Source: Azolla caroliniana
Lineage: Eukaryota > Plantae > Polypodiophyta
DNA: 64,000 nucleotides
Direction: 5' to 3'
NCBI GenBank assembly: GCA_043228905.1
Contig: JBHGNT010000003.1
Coordinates: forward strand, 20,026,001-20,090,000
Made by a program: the position numbers and the translations under genes. Positions within the stretch are counted from its first letter, which is position 1, and each line of letters begins with the position of its first letter. Positions 35,557 to 49,047 of this stretch are shown in pieces. Below the pieces are notes generated by a model. The model made no database searches. It saw only the letters and a program-made list of their open reading frames with translations, and had not been told where the DNA came from.

Positions 35557-38030
35557 GCATCCGTGTACAAAATCCAACTTCATGTAGTATAGATTGAACA
35601 TTGGAAGTTTCTAGCTTGCACACATTCTCATGCATTCTCTATTGCATGCATCCTCATGCATACTCTATTTCTAGTTGGCTTACATAGCCCTACCTTCTTG
35701 TATAAATATTCAAGTGCACCTTGATTCTAATCAAGGTGAACAACACTAGTTATGGATAAGTATAATAGAGCAAAGCGAAGACAAGACTAGAACACAAAAG
35801 AGAGGAAAGGAACAAGACTACAAATGCTTGAGGGTGCTCTGCTTACCTTCTCTGGGGAGAATTCGGCTTTCGGACAATCAGAGATTCTAGTAGTGGGGCA
35901 CTTGTGCGGACCATATAACTGGAAGCTGTCTCTGGCAAAGGTAGAAGCCATCTCCACGATGAAGGAGGAATGCAGGTCGGTCACGAAAGTCCGAAGTTTC
36001 CTGGGAGCGTGCGCCTTCTACCACATTTGGATTCCACACTACGCGCACATCACCGAGCCGCTCTACCGGTTGCTAAAGAAGGGTCAGAAGTTCGTGTGGG
36101 AAGAAGAACATGCGGAATTGGTTCGGAGACTAAAGGAGGCGCTGACTGTGGCACCAACTCTCCGGAAAGCGGTCTATGAGAAGGACACCCATATTTACGT
36201 GACGGTGGATACGAGTCCGATCAAAATTGAGTGGGTAGTCAATCATGAAGACGGGGAGGGTGTTTCCCCATTCGGTTCGGCGCGAAGGTGTTAAGCGAGT
36301 GGCAAGGAGGATACGCCCAGGTTAAACGTGAACTCTGGGTATCGTTTCGGCGGTCAAGGCCGATAAAGACTACTTGATCGGGACATAAGTAATAATCAAG
36401 ACAGACTGCTTGCTGATTCTCGGCATGGTTTTTGGATGCGCGACATCGGACTTGGCGATGGTCTGGTGGATCGCGTACATTACGTCCCTGAACTTGGAGA
36501 TACGACACATCTCCGGGAAGGACAATGCCATGGCCGATATGCTTTCGAGAGCATGGTTCGATAATGAGGATGACATGGTGTTAGAAGACGAAGAAGTTGG
36601 CGTGGACTTCTTCGAGTCGGGTTGAACATCGGCGGAAAGGGGGGGCACTCCGACCGTGAACAAATTCAACAAGAGCGAGTACGATGGGGAGGCTCCAGAT
36701 CGGTAGTTTTCTGAGTGCATTGGCACCGGACGCGGCATGGACGAGAGACGAAGCGAACCGGATCTAGAAGAAGCCCTACCGGTTCTTCCTATGGGGCGGT
36801 AGGATATGGAGGCATCCCAAGAAATGAATTGGCGCGCCGCTCCGGGTGGTGATAGGGGAGAAGGAACAGACGACGTTGCTGACAAAATATCACGAGAGCC
36901 CTTGGTCCGGACACGCGAAACGTGGGCCACCTTCGAGAAGCTAAAAGGGAAGTATTGGTGGCCAAGAATGTATCGTGATGACGTGCGAGAGTTGTCAGAT
37001 GCATTCTGGAATTCGGCACTGTGATGAGCTACACCCGACCTACCTGTCGAATACGAGTGTATAATGGCCGTATTCCCATTGTCCCTTCGGACAGCCCAAG
37101 TTTGGGCTATTTCTGTAAATAGCATAAAGGGCAATTGCCCTAAGATAGTCACTATATAAAGTGACTTTGTAACATTTAGTTAAGGTTGTTGTTAGTTGTC
37201 ATTCTTTGTAATTGTTGCTATTGGAATATAACGATTTGTTTGTGCCTCTCTCTCTCTCTCTCTCTATCTTGCTTATGCACATACATAGGTTCTTCTTCAA
37301 ACAGAATGTTGCTTGCACTTCCGCATTGACGGCCTTGTTCCCAACATTTGGTATTAGAGCGTTGGAGGTTCTTCAACCCGCTGCCGGCCGTCATAGTACA
37401 CCACACAACATTCTGCTTTCGTTTTCTTTGAAGAACAAAGAAGGGAGAAGAAAAACAAAAAGCTCGCATCTCACTGTGTTAAATCACAAATTGGAGCAAG
37501 CCAGCTAGCCATACTATGTTCCTGTGATTGTAACCACTTGAGGGGAGCTCCTTGTGTAACAACCGACCCAATCGTGCTTTGTTCGGTTAAACAACATCCG
37601 AATAGGTCACCAGACGCTATTCACCCGCTTGCTGTAACCACCCGTTGCAGATTGGTCTCCAGGAAACAACCAAATTTGTGCTTCACTCGGTTGATCGACA
37701 TTCGGGAGGATCAGTTGGATCCGTCCCTCTCATCGTTGCAGTCATCCGAAGTAGAATCGGCCCAAACAATCGGTTTCTTGTAATCGGTATTCGGCATACA
37801 ATCGGAAGCTAACCGGGCTCACTCCGACTCAGCAACATTCGGGAAGACCAACCAACTTTGTCCCTCAAGTTACCGAAGTCACTCCGAGCAAGTTCAACAA
37901 CAAGTATCCGAAACCAAACCGACTCGGGTTCAAAACTGACTAGAACGATATCGGGTGAGCCGACCGGTTGTACCCCACTAAGGTTCGTAGTCAACTCCGA
38001 ACTGAGTCTTACCAACCGAAACTGAAGCAG

Positions 38031-39582
38031 ATGGCATCAACATCCGGCTCATCGGAGATGAGTCTAAGGAGGTTCGATGGTTTGAACTTCAACTTCTGGA
38101 AGGAACAAATGCAGGACTATCTCATAGTCAAGGGTCAGATAGACCCGATTGAGCATGAAAATCCACTAGAAGCATACAAGGCAAATGAGTGGCTAAAGCT
38201 GGACAGAATTGTCCGCGCCACGATTCAGATGCACTTGTCGGAGTTAGTGTACTTCACAGTGCAATCATGCACGACAACTTTTGAACTTTGGAAAACACTA
38301 TCGGAAACGTATGAAAAGAAGGTCACGACAACGAAGATGTATTTGATCCGACACCTCTACAACTTGCGGATGAAAGAATCTGATTCGGTTTAGGCACACC
38401 TCAACGAGTATGAAAGCATAAGCTCCCAAATATCGTCTCAGGGGATGGCAATCGAGGATGAACTCAGAGCAATGATACTCATGAGTAGTCTCCCCTCTTC
38501 ATGGGAAACTTTCGTTACAACCGTGTGCAATGCTTCAACAGCTGCCGTTAAGTACTTTGAAGTCACGAGCGCAATCCTGACTGAAGCAGCTCGGAGAAAG
38601 TCTTTCGCCAAAGACCCGGCAGATGAAGCTTACGTAGTACAAGGTTCGACCGACCGATCGAACAACCGGGGAAGAAGTTCTTCTCGACCTCCGAACAATC
38701 AGCGAAGCTGGAGCAAGTCCCGGGACAATTGAATTTGCAACTACAGCAAGAAACCAGGACACATTAAAGCCGATTGTCGGACACTCAAAGCAAAACCGAC
38801 AAAGCTCAGAGAGTGGATCAGAAGAGTAGCCGGCATGAGGAGGTCAACTACGTCGGCTCTTTAGCCGAAATTTTGACGACCGACCCGAACATATTGTCCA
38901 TAGAGAACCCAGTCGAATCAGAAGTTCTGCTTACGACTAAGGAATCGAGCACATGGCTCTTAGACTCGGTCGCATCGTATCATGTGACACCTCACCAATC
39001 TCAGTTTCGGCAATAATCGGACCGGCACTCCGACTCAGTTCGAGTCGGAAACTCGTAGCATTGTGCTATAATCGGAATCGACATTGTAGAGCTCAACCGC
39101 CTGGGTGGCTCTACAGTCGTACTACACAAAGTCTGACATGTTCCTGAGCTCTCAAGACCCTTGATCTCAGTCGGACAGCTTGACGAAGCCGGCATCCATG
39201 CTGGATTCTCATTAGGAGGGTGGACACTCCACAAAGGGAACCTCTTGCTTGCTCGAGGACCAAAGGTACATTCCTTGTACCCTTTATATGTCACACTCAA
39301 AGAGGTTGACTTATTTTTGGTTGATATCCTCGTGTCATTGTTATGGCACGGACGACTTGGACACCTCAGCAAGGCCAGCATAACACACCTATCCAGAGCC
39401 GATTACATCCCCAAACTCTCCTTCTCGGATCACCAATTCTGCGAGCATTGCCAGTACGGCAAACAGGTAGCCGCATCACACCCGACATCAGCACCAAGAG
39501 AATCGACATCCGAACCAACAATGGAGGAGAATTCAAGTCTGAAGAATTCATCAAATTTTGCCGGGAACGCGGCATTCGACAT
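38031..39582 (+). pseudogene. Copia D gag-protease-integrase N-terminus
   Basis: RFDGLNFNFWK, LMSSLPSSWETF, WLLDSVASYH, LWHGRLGH...CEHCQYGKQ; stops and a deletion near 39505. Confidence 0.9.
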
Positions 39583-40677
39583 TGTCGCGTTGTTACGCGC
39601 GTGCGTGTAGAAGGGGCAGGACCATGGGGGTCTCAGACTAGGGAGTAGAGGAGAAAGAATAAGATATGATATGGAGGCTTAGCTCAAGAGGAGAAGAGGA
39701 AAGAATAAGATCACCACATAGAAGGAGAGATCGACGGAGGTAAGATACTCAACAAGATATATTAAAACAAACGAATGATTACAACAATGGTGGCCGCATG
39801 GGCCGCACCAAAACGACTATGAGAATGTTGGAAGACAGGTCCCTCCGGATGGGAAGGGAGAAGAACAGTGCCGACGAAACGGTATGAACCGGATGAGGAG
39901 TACCCGACTGCGGAGAGCCGGATGGAGCCCCTCGAGGCTACATTTGTAAATAGCCGAAAAGTCATATTAGTATAAATATGACTTAGGGCAAACTTTTAGT
40001 TTTTTTTTGTGGGTAGTTGTCATTGTTTTTGTGATTAATCCTTTTCTTGTTGGTGCAAGAAGAAATCAGAGCACGTAACTGTACAGAGAGAGAGAGAGAG
40101 AGAGACGAGGTCGTTGCCTCTGTTGTAACCACCGCTTGTGGCGAAGATCTGAGAGCACGAGGTCGTTGCCTCAGTGATCTCACTGTTGTATATTTCTACA
40201 TAGCGATAGTTTGCAACTTGTGGGCTGCCGTGGTTTTTTCCCCTATTTTGGGGTTTTCCACGTATACCTCCTGTGTACCATTTCTCCTCTTTTGTGTCGC
40301 GTTTCATTACCTGTTTTTCTGTGTATGTAAAGAATCTCGGTTGAGGCCGAGCGTCGGACATAAGGAACGTCAAGTTCTCAACAGAGAAAACCCTAACCAA
40401 AGATGGATAAGGAAAACCCTAAATGAAACCCTAACCCTAAAATGGTAATAACTCTAGACTAAGTGGTATACCTCCCATACGCAAAATAGGCAACCCCTTC
40501 ATAAGTGACCCCTCCCTTCCTGTTATAGCCCAAGGAGGGAGGGACCTTACAATGTGGGATAAAATGTCCCCTCTTCTTTCTACACACCATTTCCTAGTAT
40601 ACATGTGCACATGTTGCACACCACTGATTTGCCCATTCCACCCCGGTTTCACACTATAGCCAAAAATCTTCACGACA
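39583..40677 (-). mobile_element. Solo LTR (TGTCG...CGACA family) containing a nested solo LTR
   Basis: 4-bp TSD ACAT/ACGT; the host integrase GIR|REYTTPYSPEQNG resumes after it. Confidence 0.88.
39826..40383 (+). mobile_element. Solo Copia LTR (family of 43034-43716)
   Basis: TSD GAGAA on both sides; reverse-complement similarity to 43034-43716. Confidence 0.9.
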
Positions 40678-40812
40678 ACGTGAATATACGACACCCTATA
40701 GCCCGGAGCAAAACGGAATTGCTGAACGCATGAATCGGACAATTCAAGAACGCGTTGTCGCGTTGTTACGCGCATGCGTGTAGAAGGGGCGGGACCACGA
40801 GGGTCTTGAACC

Positions 40813-40871
<59 letters not shown>

Positions 40872-42104
40872 TAGATACGCGGAGCGAGAGGGAGAGATAT
40901 AGAACGTAACACTTGATTTCAATAGCAAGAGATTACAATAACAAGAGAATACAAGAGGTTACAAGAGAATACGACTTTGACGGTTACAATCGACAAGGCG
41001 GCGATGGACCTGACCCGGGGATCCTACTCACACACACAAATAGCACTCGCTTGACTCCCAGAAACAAAACAAAGGGGGAGAGACTCTACTGGAAGCACAC
41101 GGGTTGTCCACGAAGCAGAGGCAACGAGCTCCCGACCCACAAAGACCGACGACCGGAGGAGAAGAGAGAGCTTGACCCTCAGATCTGCAGCAGCACTTCG
41201 TCCTCCCTAGCGCGCGATCCCTATTCCTTCCTTCTCTCCCTCCTTAAATAGTTCCCCAAAAGGGGTGCCCCCCCTTTCCTCAGCCAAACTGCTTTATTCC
41301 ATGTCCCTGTCGACAGAGATACGCACAAAATCCCCTAATAAATGCGCACTACCTAGTATTTACACCAGTCGCCCTAATTACGAATTATATACAATATATC
41401 AATCCTCGCGTCCTCCCGTGTAAGAGCCGGTTCATGCGCCTTTTTCTTCGATTCCGCCTATGGCCGGTTTTCTTCACGACATCCACCCCCACCAAACCAC
41501 GCATCCATCGGCATGCGCCAGAGACGGGCAGACATCAAAGGAAACCGGCTTCACTCGTCGTTCTTCGATTCTCCGCCGGACCCGAACTGATTGTCGTCGT
41601 TACTCTCGCTCGCCGGCTCCGGCTCGTCTTTGAACCGCTTCTTGAACTCTTTGATCTGCTTCCCGGCCACCGGCACTGCTAACTGTGTACCGTCGAGTTC
41701 CGCGAGGTGGTACGTGCCGTTGTCGTTCACGCTCGTCACCATGTAGGGCCCGAACCATCTCCTAACGAACTTTCGCACCGCCTTGTGCTGATTGTCGAGG
41801 CTGTTGTTGTATACCAAGACCTAGTCGCCTTCCTCGATCTTCTTTGGTCGCAACCGGGTCTTGTTCCGCTCCCTTGCCGCTCACAGCTTTTCCTTCGCCT
41901 ATACCACGTCCTCCGGCCTCCGCTTGAGTTGCCGAATCCGCGCCGCCAACAACTCCTCCCGGCTCATTTCGTCCTTCCAATCTACCGTCGCCCATGAAGA
42001 AACCGTCCGTTCCACCGGCATGATCGGCTTCTGTCCGTACATTAGCTCTGCTGGCATAAACCCTATCACTGAACTGTGCGTAGTTCGGTTCGCCCATAGT
42101 GCGT

Positions 42105-42877
42105 TGTCGTGAAGAATTTCGGCCAGAGGCGGAAACCGGGAAACATTGGCTACATCGGCGGGGTGCAGCGTGTGTGCTCACCCTTGTACATTCAGTGTGA
42201 ATAACAAGGGCGCCTTTATGGCGCCGAAGAGGAGTCAAGTCGGGACAGACGATCCCATGTAAGTCGGGATTTGTCCCACATTGTAACGCATCCCTCTCCT
42301 TGTTCTATAAAAGGAAGGGAGCGCCCTTTGTGAAAGGGGTTGCCCATTTTTGTTAGAGGGTATACCGTTAGGTTTCTTATTCTTCTTCCTCTCCCTCTGC
42401 TCCCCCTTCGTGTTCGCTAAGGGCTTGCTTCAGATCGTCTCCTGCGCAAGACCCCGCTCGACGCGACAAGCCCGTGAGCTCCCCGACCGGTGGCTTGGCA
42501 ACTGACGACTACTGTAACCTACCTTGGTCCGGCTCGAAGCCGGAAATGTATTCTCCCTTATATATATATACTCATTGCGTCTGTCTGTGTATATTGGCGT
42601 CTCTGTTGGTGTCGGGTGCTTCCCCTTTCCTGTGTTTCCTGTACATAAGGGCGTGAGTCGGGTCGGCCTGTGTGTGTGTGTGCGTGTGCGTGTGTGTGCG
42701 TGAGTCGGTGTCAAGCGTGCGCTCCCCCTCTTTCTCTCTCTCTCCCTTCGGTTGCTTCCGATGTGCTTCTGGGGTGCCCCGGAAACGGTGAAGTACGACT
42801 TCCTACGCTCTGTCACTCCCTAGTCCAAGACCCCCGTGGTCCCGCCTTTCCCCACGCACGCGCGTAACAACGCGACA
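42105..42877 (+). mobile_element. Solo LTR (TGTCG...CGACA family)
   Basis: TSD GCGT/ACGT; splits the Gypsy E integrase LLPY|ALWANRTT; similar in inverted orientation to 51852-52683. Confidence 0.9.
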
Positions 42878-43033
42878 ACGTAAGGAAGGAGCCGCGACCA
42901 ATTCCTGACCTGCCCTCCGCATGCACGCACCAACGCCTTTACGATAGGCCCGTGCCCACATTCTACCTTTCTGTTCGCCTCCGGATTGTACGCCGTAGTG
43001 GGGGAGATTTTGACGCCTAGCTTGTCGAACAAC

Positions 43034-43300
43034 TGACGGGAACTGCACGCTCCCTATACGCAACGCTCGGCCACAACCGAGTTTATAATCATACACAGAA
43101 AAACGGGAAAGAAAGCACGACGCGAAGAAGAGAAGAGTACACAGGATGTTTACGTGGAAAACCCAAACTAAGGGAAAAACCACGGCAGCCCACAGGCTGC
43201 AAACTATCACTATGTTAGAATGTACAATAGTGAGTTCACAGAGGCAACGACCTCGTGCTCACAATCTTCGCCAGAGGTGGTGGTTACAACTGAGACAACG

Positions 43301-43344
<44 letters not shown>

Positions 43345-46300
43345 CAAAACAAGAATGACAACCACCACTAAAAGTTTGCCCTAAGTCATATTTATACTAA
43401 TATGACTTTTCGGCTATTTACAAATATAGCCATGATGGACTCTCAGAAACATATTTACGAATATGTCTCTTCATCCGGTTCTCACCGGGCTTGCACCATC
43501 CGGCTCTCTCCGTAGCCGGGTACTCCTCATCCGGTTCCCACCGAGTTTGCACCATCCGGCTCTCCGTAGCCGGGTACTCATCATCCGGTTCTCACCGGGT
43601 TTGCACCATCCGGCTCTCCGTAGCCGGGTACTCGTCATACGGTTTCGGCCTCGGCCGAGTTTGTTCATCAACACTGTTCTTCTCCCTTCCCATCCGGAGG
43701 GACCTGTCTCCCAACAAACTCCCCCTTCACTCTGGCATGGGGTGTCTTACTAGTCCGATCCTCTTCCGGCATGCATCCAGCTTGTTGGGTGTCAGCACTT
43801 TGGTCAGCATATCTGACCCGTTCTCGGCCGTGTGGATCTTCGTTAGTGCGAACTCCTGGTCATCTACTCTTTCCCGGATCCAGTGATATCTTCGTTGGAT
43901 ATGCTTCATCCGGGAATGGTAGGCCGCATTCTTAGCAAGATGGATGGCACTTTGACTGTCGCAATAGAGTTGGTATTCATCTTGCCTGATACCGAGCTCT
44001 CCGATGAAGTTCTTCATCCATAATATTTCCTTGCCGGCTTCCACAACCGCCATGTACTCCGCCTCTGTGGTTGACAATGCAACCGTCTTCTGCAGCCTCG
44101 ACTGCCACGAGACAGCTCCCCCTGCATATGTCATTACATATCCGGATGTAGACCGGCTGGTATCCACATCAACCGACATGTCCGAGTCGGTGAAACCGTC
44201 AAGTTGAGGTCTTCCGGAGCCGAATCGGAGACACATATTTGAAGTGCCCTTCAAATACCAGAGTATCCATTTGACCGCGTTCCAGTGCTCCTTGTCGGGA
44301 TTGCTCATAAACCGGCTCACCACTCCGACTGCGTATCCTATATCCGGTCGGGTACACACCATTGCGTACATCAAGCTCCCGACGGCAGAGGCATATGGAA
44401 TCTTCATCATATCCGCCTTCTCTGCTTTCGTCTTCGGGCTTTGCTTACCGGATAGCCTGCAGTTTGCAGGAAGTGTCGGTCCGACCGGTTTCGCATCTGA
44501 CATGTTGAACCGGTGAAGCACCTTTGTCACGTACTTCTCCTGTGACAACCATAATTGCTTCTTTGACCGGTCCCGAATGATGTGCATCCCCAACATCTGT
44601 CTTGCCGGACCCAAGTCTTTCATTGAGAAGGTCCGGTTGAGAGCCTTCTTCAGCATCCGTATTTTTACTTGGTCCCGTCCGACAATCAACATGTCATCCA
44701 CGTACAGAAGGAGTATCAGGAAGTCGCCTCCTTCGAACTTCTTCACAAACACGCAGTGATCGGCCTGTGTCTTGTGGTACCCTTGATTGGTCATGAAGGA
44801 GTCGAACTTCCAATACCATTGCCGGGGGGCCTGCTTCAACCCGTAGAGGCTCTTCTTCAACCAGCAAACCAGGTGCTCCTTCCCTTTCTCCACGAATCCT
44901 TCCGGTTGCTGCATGTAGATCTCCTCTTCGAGGTCACTGTGAAGGAATGCTGTCTTCACGTCTAGCTGCTCTACCTCGAGGTCCATGCTTGCAGCTATAC
45001 TCAGCACCGTCCGGATGGAGGTCATCTTTACTACTGGGGCAAATATCTCGTCGAAGTCCACGCCCTTCTTCTGTTGGAACCCCTTCACCACGATCCTGGC
45101 TTTGTATCTCGGGGGGTTACCGGCATCTCCCGGTTTCAACTTGTACACCCACTTGTTTCAGAGTTCCCTCTTTCCTTTCGGCAACTCCACCAATTCGTAC
45201 GTATGATTCTCATGCAGGGAATCCATCTAATCCTGCATGGCACTTAACCATTTGCGGCTGTGGGTGTCATCCTTCGCTTCTTCGAAGCTTTCTGGCTCCC
45301 CCTCATCGGTCAGCAGAACATGCTTTGCATCCGGGAATCTCCGGGGCGCCCTTCTCTCTCTAAGAGGATATCTCCGTCTTCGGGCTTCGGCAACCGGCTC
45401 CTCCATTTGCTCTTCATCCGAATCCGATTCGGGGTCTTGGTCGGTTCCGGTTTCAACTTCCTCTACTTCTTCTTCAGCCTGTTCGGTATCCTCACCGTAA
45501 CCGGCTGGTCCCTCGAGTGCTAACCGGTCTCTTGCCGGTTGGGTCTGCTCATCGTAGAGTCGATCCTTACCGGTTGACTCGGAGTTCATTATCTTCTTCT
45601 CCGACTCCCAGTCGACGAGCGTCTTGTCCTCCATGAAGATAATATCTCGACTCCGGAATACCTTCTTGTCGACCAGGTCCCACACTCGGTAGCCGAACTC
45701 ATCGTCACCGTAACCGAGGAATATGCATGGCTGGGTCTTTGGATCTAACTTTCCTCTCTAGTCCTTAGCTACATGCACGTGCGCGAGACATCCGAACACC
45801 TTCAAATGCCAGTAGGATACTTCCTTACCGGTCCACACTTTCTGTGGCGTGTCTCCGACCAAGGGTACTGAGGGTGATCTATTTATCACATAAGTCACCG
45901 TCGACAGTGCCTCAGCCCAAAACTTCTTGGGTAGTTTTGCATGCGCTAGCATACTCCGGACCCTCTCCATTATGGTCCGGTTCATCCTCTCGGCCAGTCC
46001 GTTTAGTTCCGGCGTCTTCGGCACGGTAAATTCGAGCCGGATTCCCTTCGAGCGGCAGTACTCCTCGAACTGCCCCCGGTATTCTCCTCCGTTATATGCT
46101 CAAACCGCCTTCAGCTTCCGGCCGGTTTCTCTTTCCACTCTCGCGTGGAGCTCTTTGAGGACGGATAGCACCTGATCCTTCGTCTTCAACGGTGTGGCCC
46201 ACAGCTTCCGGCTGTGGTCATCTATGAATGTCACGAAGTACTGCGCTCCGACATGTGACTTCGTGTCTACTTGACACACATCCGTATGCACCAACTCCAG

Positions 46301-47135
46301 TGGTGCATTACATCTCATCAGTGGCCTTGGTCGGAAGGAGGTCCGGTTTTGCTTACCGGCCTGACAATCAGTGCACTTCTCCAAGTGCACGTTCTTCACT
46401 GGAATGAGGTTGTCATCTGCAAGCCTCTTCATCCCCTTCTCGCTCATATGACACAACCTCTTGTGCCACAGCTCACCGGCAGTGTCGGATGCCATGTTCA
46501 CTTCTTCCAGACATAACCGGGTACTCATCAGGTACAGTGTGTTGACCTTCTGGGCCCGAGCCACAATTAGGCTCCTTTTTCTGAACTTCATGACACTGTT
46601 CCGGATGCTACCCATGTAGCCTTCATCATCTAGCCGACCGGCTGATATAAGGTTTAGACGAACCTCCGGAACGTGTCAGACATCCTTCAGTAGCAACTTG
46701 CATCCGGTTGGTGTTGTCAGCCACACGTCTCCTATGCCGACAATTCGGCATGTTCCTTCATTCCCCATCCAGACACAATCGTGATCACCGGCTGAGTAGG
46801 ATGAGAAGCATTTCCGGTCCGGGGTAAGGTGGAACGACGCTCCGGAGTCTACCACCCAGGTCATCTCATCGCCGACAAGGTTTATCTCACTCTCCTCGGT
46901 GATGAACATCAACTCTTCTTCACTTGCTGTGATTTCCGTCGTCCCCTTCCGGTCCGGTCCCCTCCGGTCTTTACCGTTCCGGTCCGGTATCCGCTTCGAA
47001 TCGGTACCGTCGGTTTCCTTGTCCTTTCGGAAATGCCGACAGTTCTTCTGGAAGTGTCCCGACTTGCCGCAATAGAAGCAAGTAGGTCTCCCCCTTGACT
47101 TTGACCGTGTCCCAGACTTTTCCCGGTTCTGGGGA
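43034..47135 (-). mobile_element. 5'-truncated Ty1/Copia F with 3' LTR (43034-43716)
   Basis: Knuckle CFYCGKSGHFQKNC, WVVDSGASFH, HTDVC, NGLAERMNRT, RT/RNase H; PPT GAAGGGGGAG. Confidence 0.93.
43727..45148 (-). CDS. Copia F reverse transcriptase-RNase H (open segment of a defective pol)
   Basis: QLDVKTAFLH, LLYVDDML, FTDSDM, STTEAEY. Confidence 0.9.
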   Translation of the reverse strand: MYKLKPGDAGNPPRYKARIVVKGFQQKKGVDFDEIFAPVVKMTSIRTVLSIAASMDLEVEQLDVKTAFLHSDLEEEIYMQQPEGFVEKGKEHLVCWLKKSLYGLKQAPRQWYWKFDSFMTNQGYHKTQADHCVFVKKFEGGDFLILLLYVDDMLIVGRDQVKIRMLKKALNRTFSMKDLGPARQMLGMHIIRDRSKKQLWLSQEKYVTKVLHRFNMSDAKPVGPTLPANCRLSGKQSPKTKAEKADMMKIPYASAVGSLMYAMVCTRPDIGYAVGVVSRFMSNPDKEHWNAVKWILWYLKGTSNMCLRFGSGRPQLDGFTDSDMSVDVDTSRSTSGYVMTYAGGAVSWQSRLQKTVALSTTEAEYMAVVEAGKEILWMKNFIGELGIRQDEYQLYCDSQSAIHLAKNAAYHSRMKHIQRRYHWIRERVDDQEFALTKIHTAENGSDMLTKVLTPNKLDACRKRIGLVRHPMPE

Positions 47136-48400
47136 CTCCGGAGAGGCCTTCTAGCACTAGCGGCCAGAATCCGGAGTCCTTCGCCTTCCGGGTCTCATCA
47201 CCCCCGACCCGAATTCCCGCCGACACTGAGTAGTTAACGGCTTCAACGTGCCGTGCCGCGGCCTCTTCGATCAACCTCTTCATACCGCCGTGCCCCGTAT
47301 TCAGTTCTAGGGCTCTACGGGTCTTGCTTGCGTGCACCCGCCCGTTCCAGAGGTACACCACGTTAGTCCTGAGTGCGTCGGCGAAATCCGCGCAATCCTT
47401 CCGAATGTGACCGATTGCGTCACACCACATGCACCGCTGCCCAGCCGGCGGCCTCCGGTCGCGAGGTTGTTCGCCGCTGTCTCTCCGGGCCTGTGCGATC
47501 TGCAGGTCGCGCACCATCTGTGTCAGCTCCTCCAGAGCCGCTCCTCCGGATGGGCCTCTGACCACGTCGTTCGATGTCGACCCCGACTCTGGCCAGATTT
47601 GGGTCTCTTCCTTCCTACCGGCCGGCACCGATATTGGCTCCTCGAGCCTCCTCCCCGGGACCGGCCCCGACCCCGACGAGCTTCCGTCACTCCAATCGCG
47701 CCGTTTGTCGAAACGGCTGTAGACCCATTTTACCACGGCCTAGTCTGCCATGAGCGCTTCGTCCGTTTCCAATAGGGGACCTACCTTTTCCCTGTCGAGC
47801 GCGTCCACCGACTTGACAAACAGTAGTACTCGACTTGTTTGGAGCACCGTCCGATCCAACGTCGACTGCCGCGCGAACTGTTTTTCGAACTCCTAGAGGA
47901 GCACCGACGTGTTCCTCCCCTTTCTGGGGCTTTCCACCCACGCCATGAAGTCCCGCCTCGACAGCCAAAGCGAGTCGTCAAACCCGTACTTCTCGAGGAG
48001 CTGTAGCTCGAACTCCTCCCAAGTCTGGCATCTGGCCAGCACCTCGAGCACCTCCGCATGGATGCTTGGTGCCACCACCTGAGGGAATCCGGACAACCGC
48101 CTGTCCACCAGGATATCCCTCATGATCATTTCGGCCCGGTAAGCCTCCAAATAACTTGTGGCGTCTTTCCCTCTGAAACGGCCTATAGAGCCGACGATCG
48201 ATTCAATGGCTCTGTCGAGGGTACCCGTCCCCTCACGAGTGCTCACCAGCCGGTCGACGACCACCGCCATTGCCTCTGCTAGCTCCGATCCCCTCATCTT
48301 TCGACTCCTTTTACCACCCCGTTCACGTCGGGTTCATCAAAGATGTCGTGTTGTTACGTGCGTGCGTGTAGAAGGGGCGGGACCACGGGGGTCTTGAACC

Positions 48401-48438
<38 letters not shown>

Positions 48439-49047
48439 AGATACGCGGAGCGAGAGGGAGAGATATAGAACGTAACACTTGATTTCAATAGCAAGAGATT
48501 ACAATAACAAGAGAATACAAGAGGTTACAAGAGAATATGACTCTGACAATTACAACTGACAAGGCGGCGATGGACCCGACCCGGGGATCTTAATCACACA
48601 CACAGATATCACTCGCTCGACTCCCAGAAACAAAACAAAGGGGGAGAGACTCTGCTGGAAGCACACGGGTTGTCCACGAAGCAGAGGCAGCGAGCTCCCG
48701 ACCCACAGAGACCGATGACCGGAGGAGAAGAGAGAGCTCGGCCCTCAAATCTGCAGCAGCACTTCGTCCTCCCTAGCGCGCGATCCCTATTCCTTCCTTC
48801 TCTCCCTCCTTAAATAGTTCCCCAAAAGGGGTGCCCCCCCTTTCCTCAACCAAACTGCTTTATTCCCTGTCCCTGTTGATAGAGATACACACAAAATCCC
48901 CTAATAAATGCGCACTACCTAGTATTTACACCAGTCACCCTAATTACGAATTATATACAATATATCAATCCTCGCGTCCACCCGTGTAAGAGCCGGTTCA
49001 TGCGCCTTTTTCTTTGATTCTGCCTATGGCCGGTTTTCTTCACGACA

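Larger units (their letters stand above)
40756..49047 (-). mobile_element. Gypsy E (Phygy/Selgy-like), internally deleted
   Basis: LTRs 40756-41481 and 48344-49047; TSD GCGT/GCGC; tRNA-Trp-like PBS TGATGAACCCGACGTG at 48324-48339; PPT at 41482-41498; gag ~47140-48297; integrase tail 41551-43033. Confidence 0.92.
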
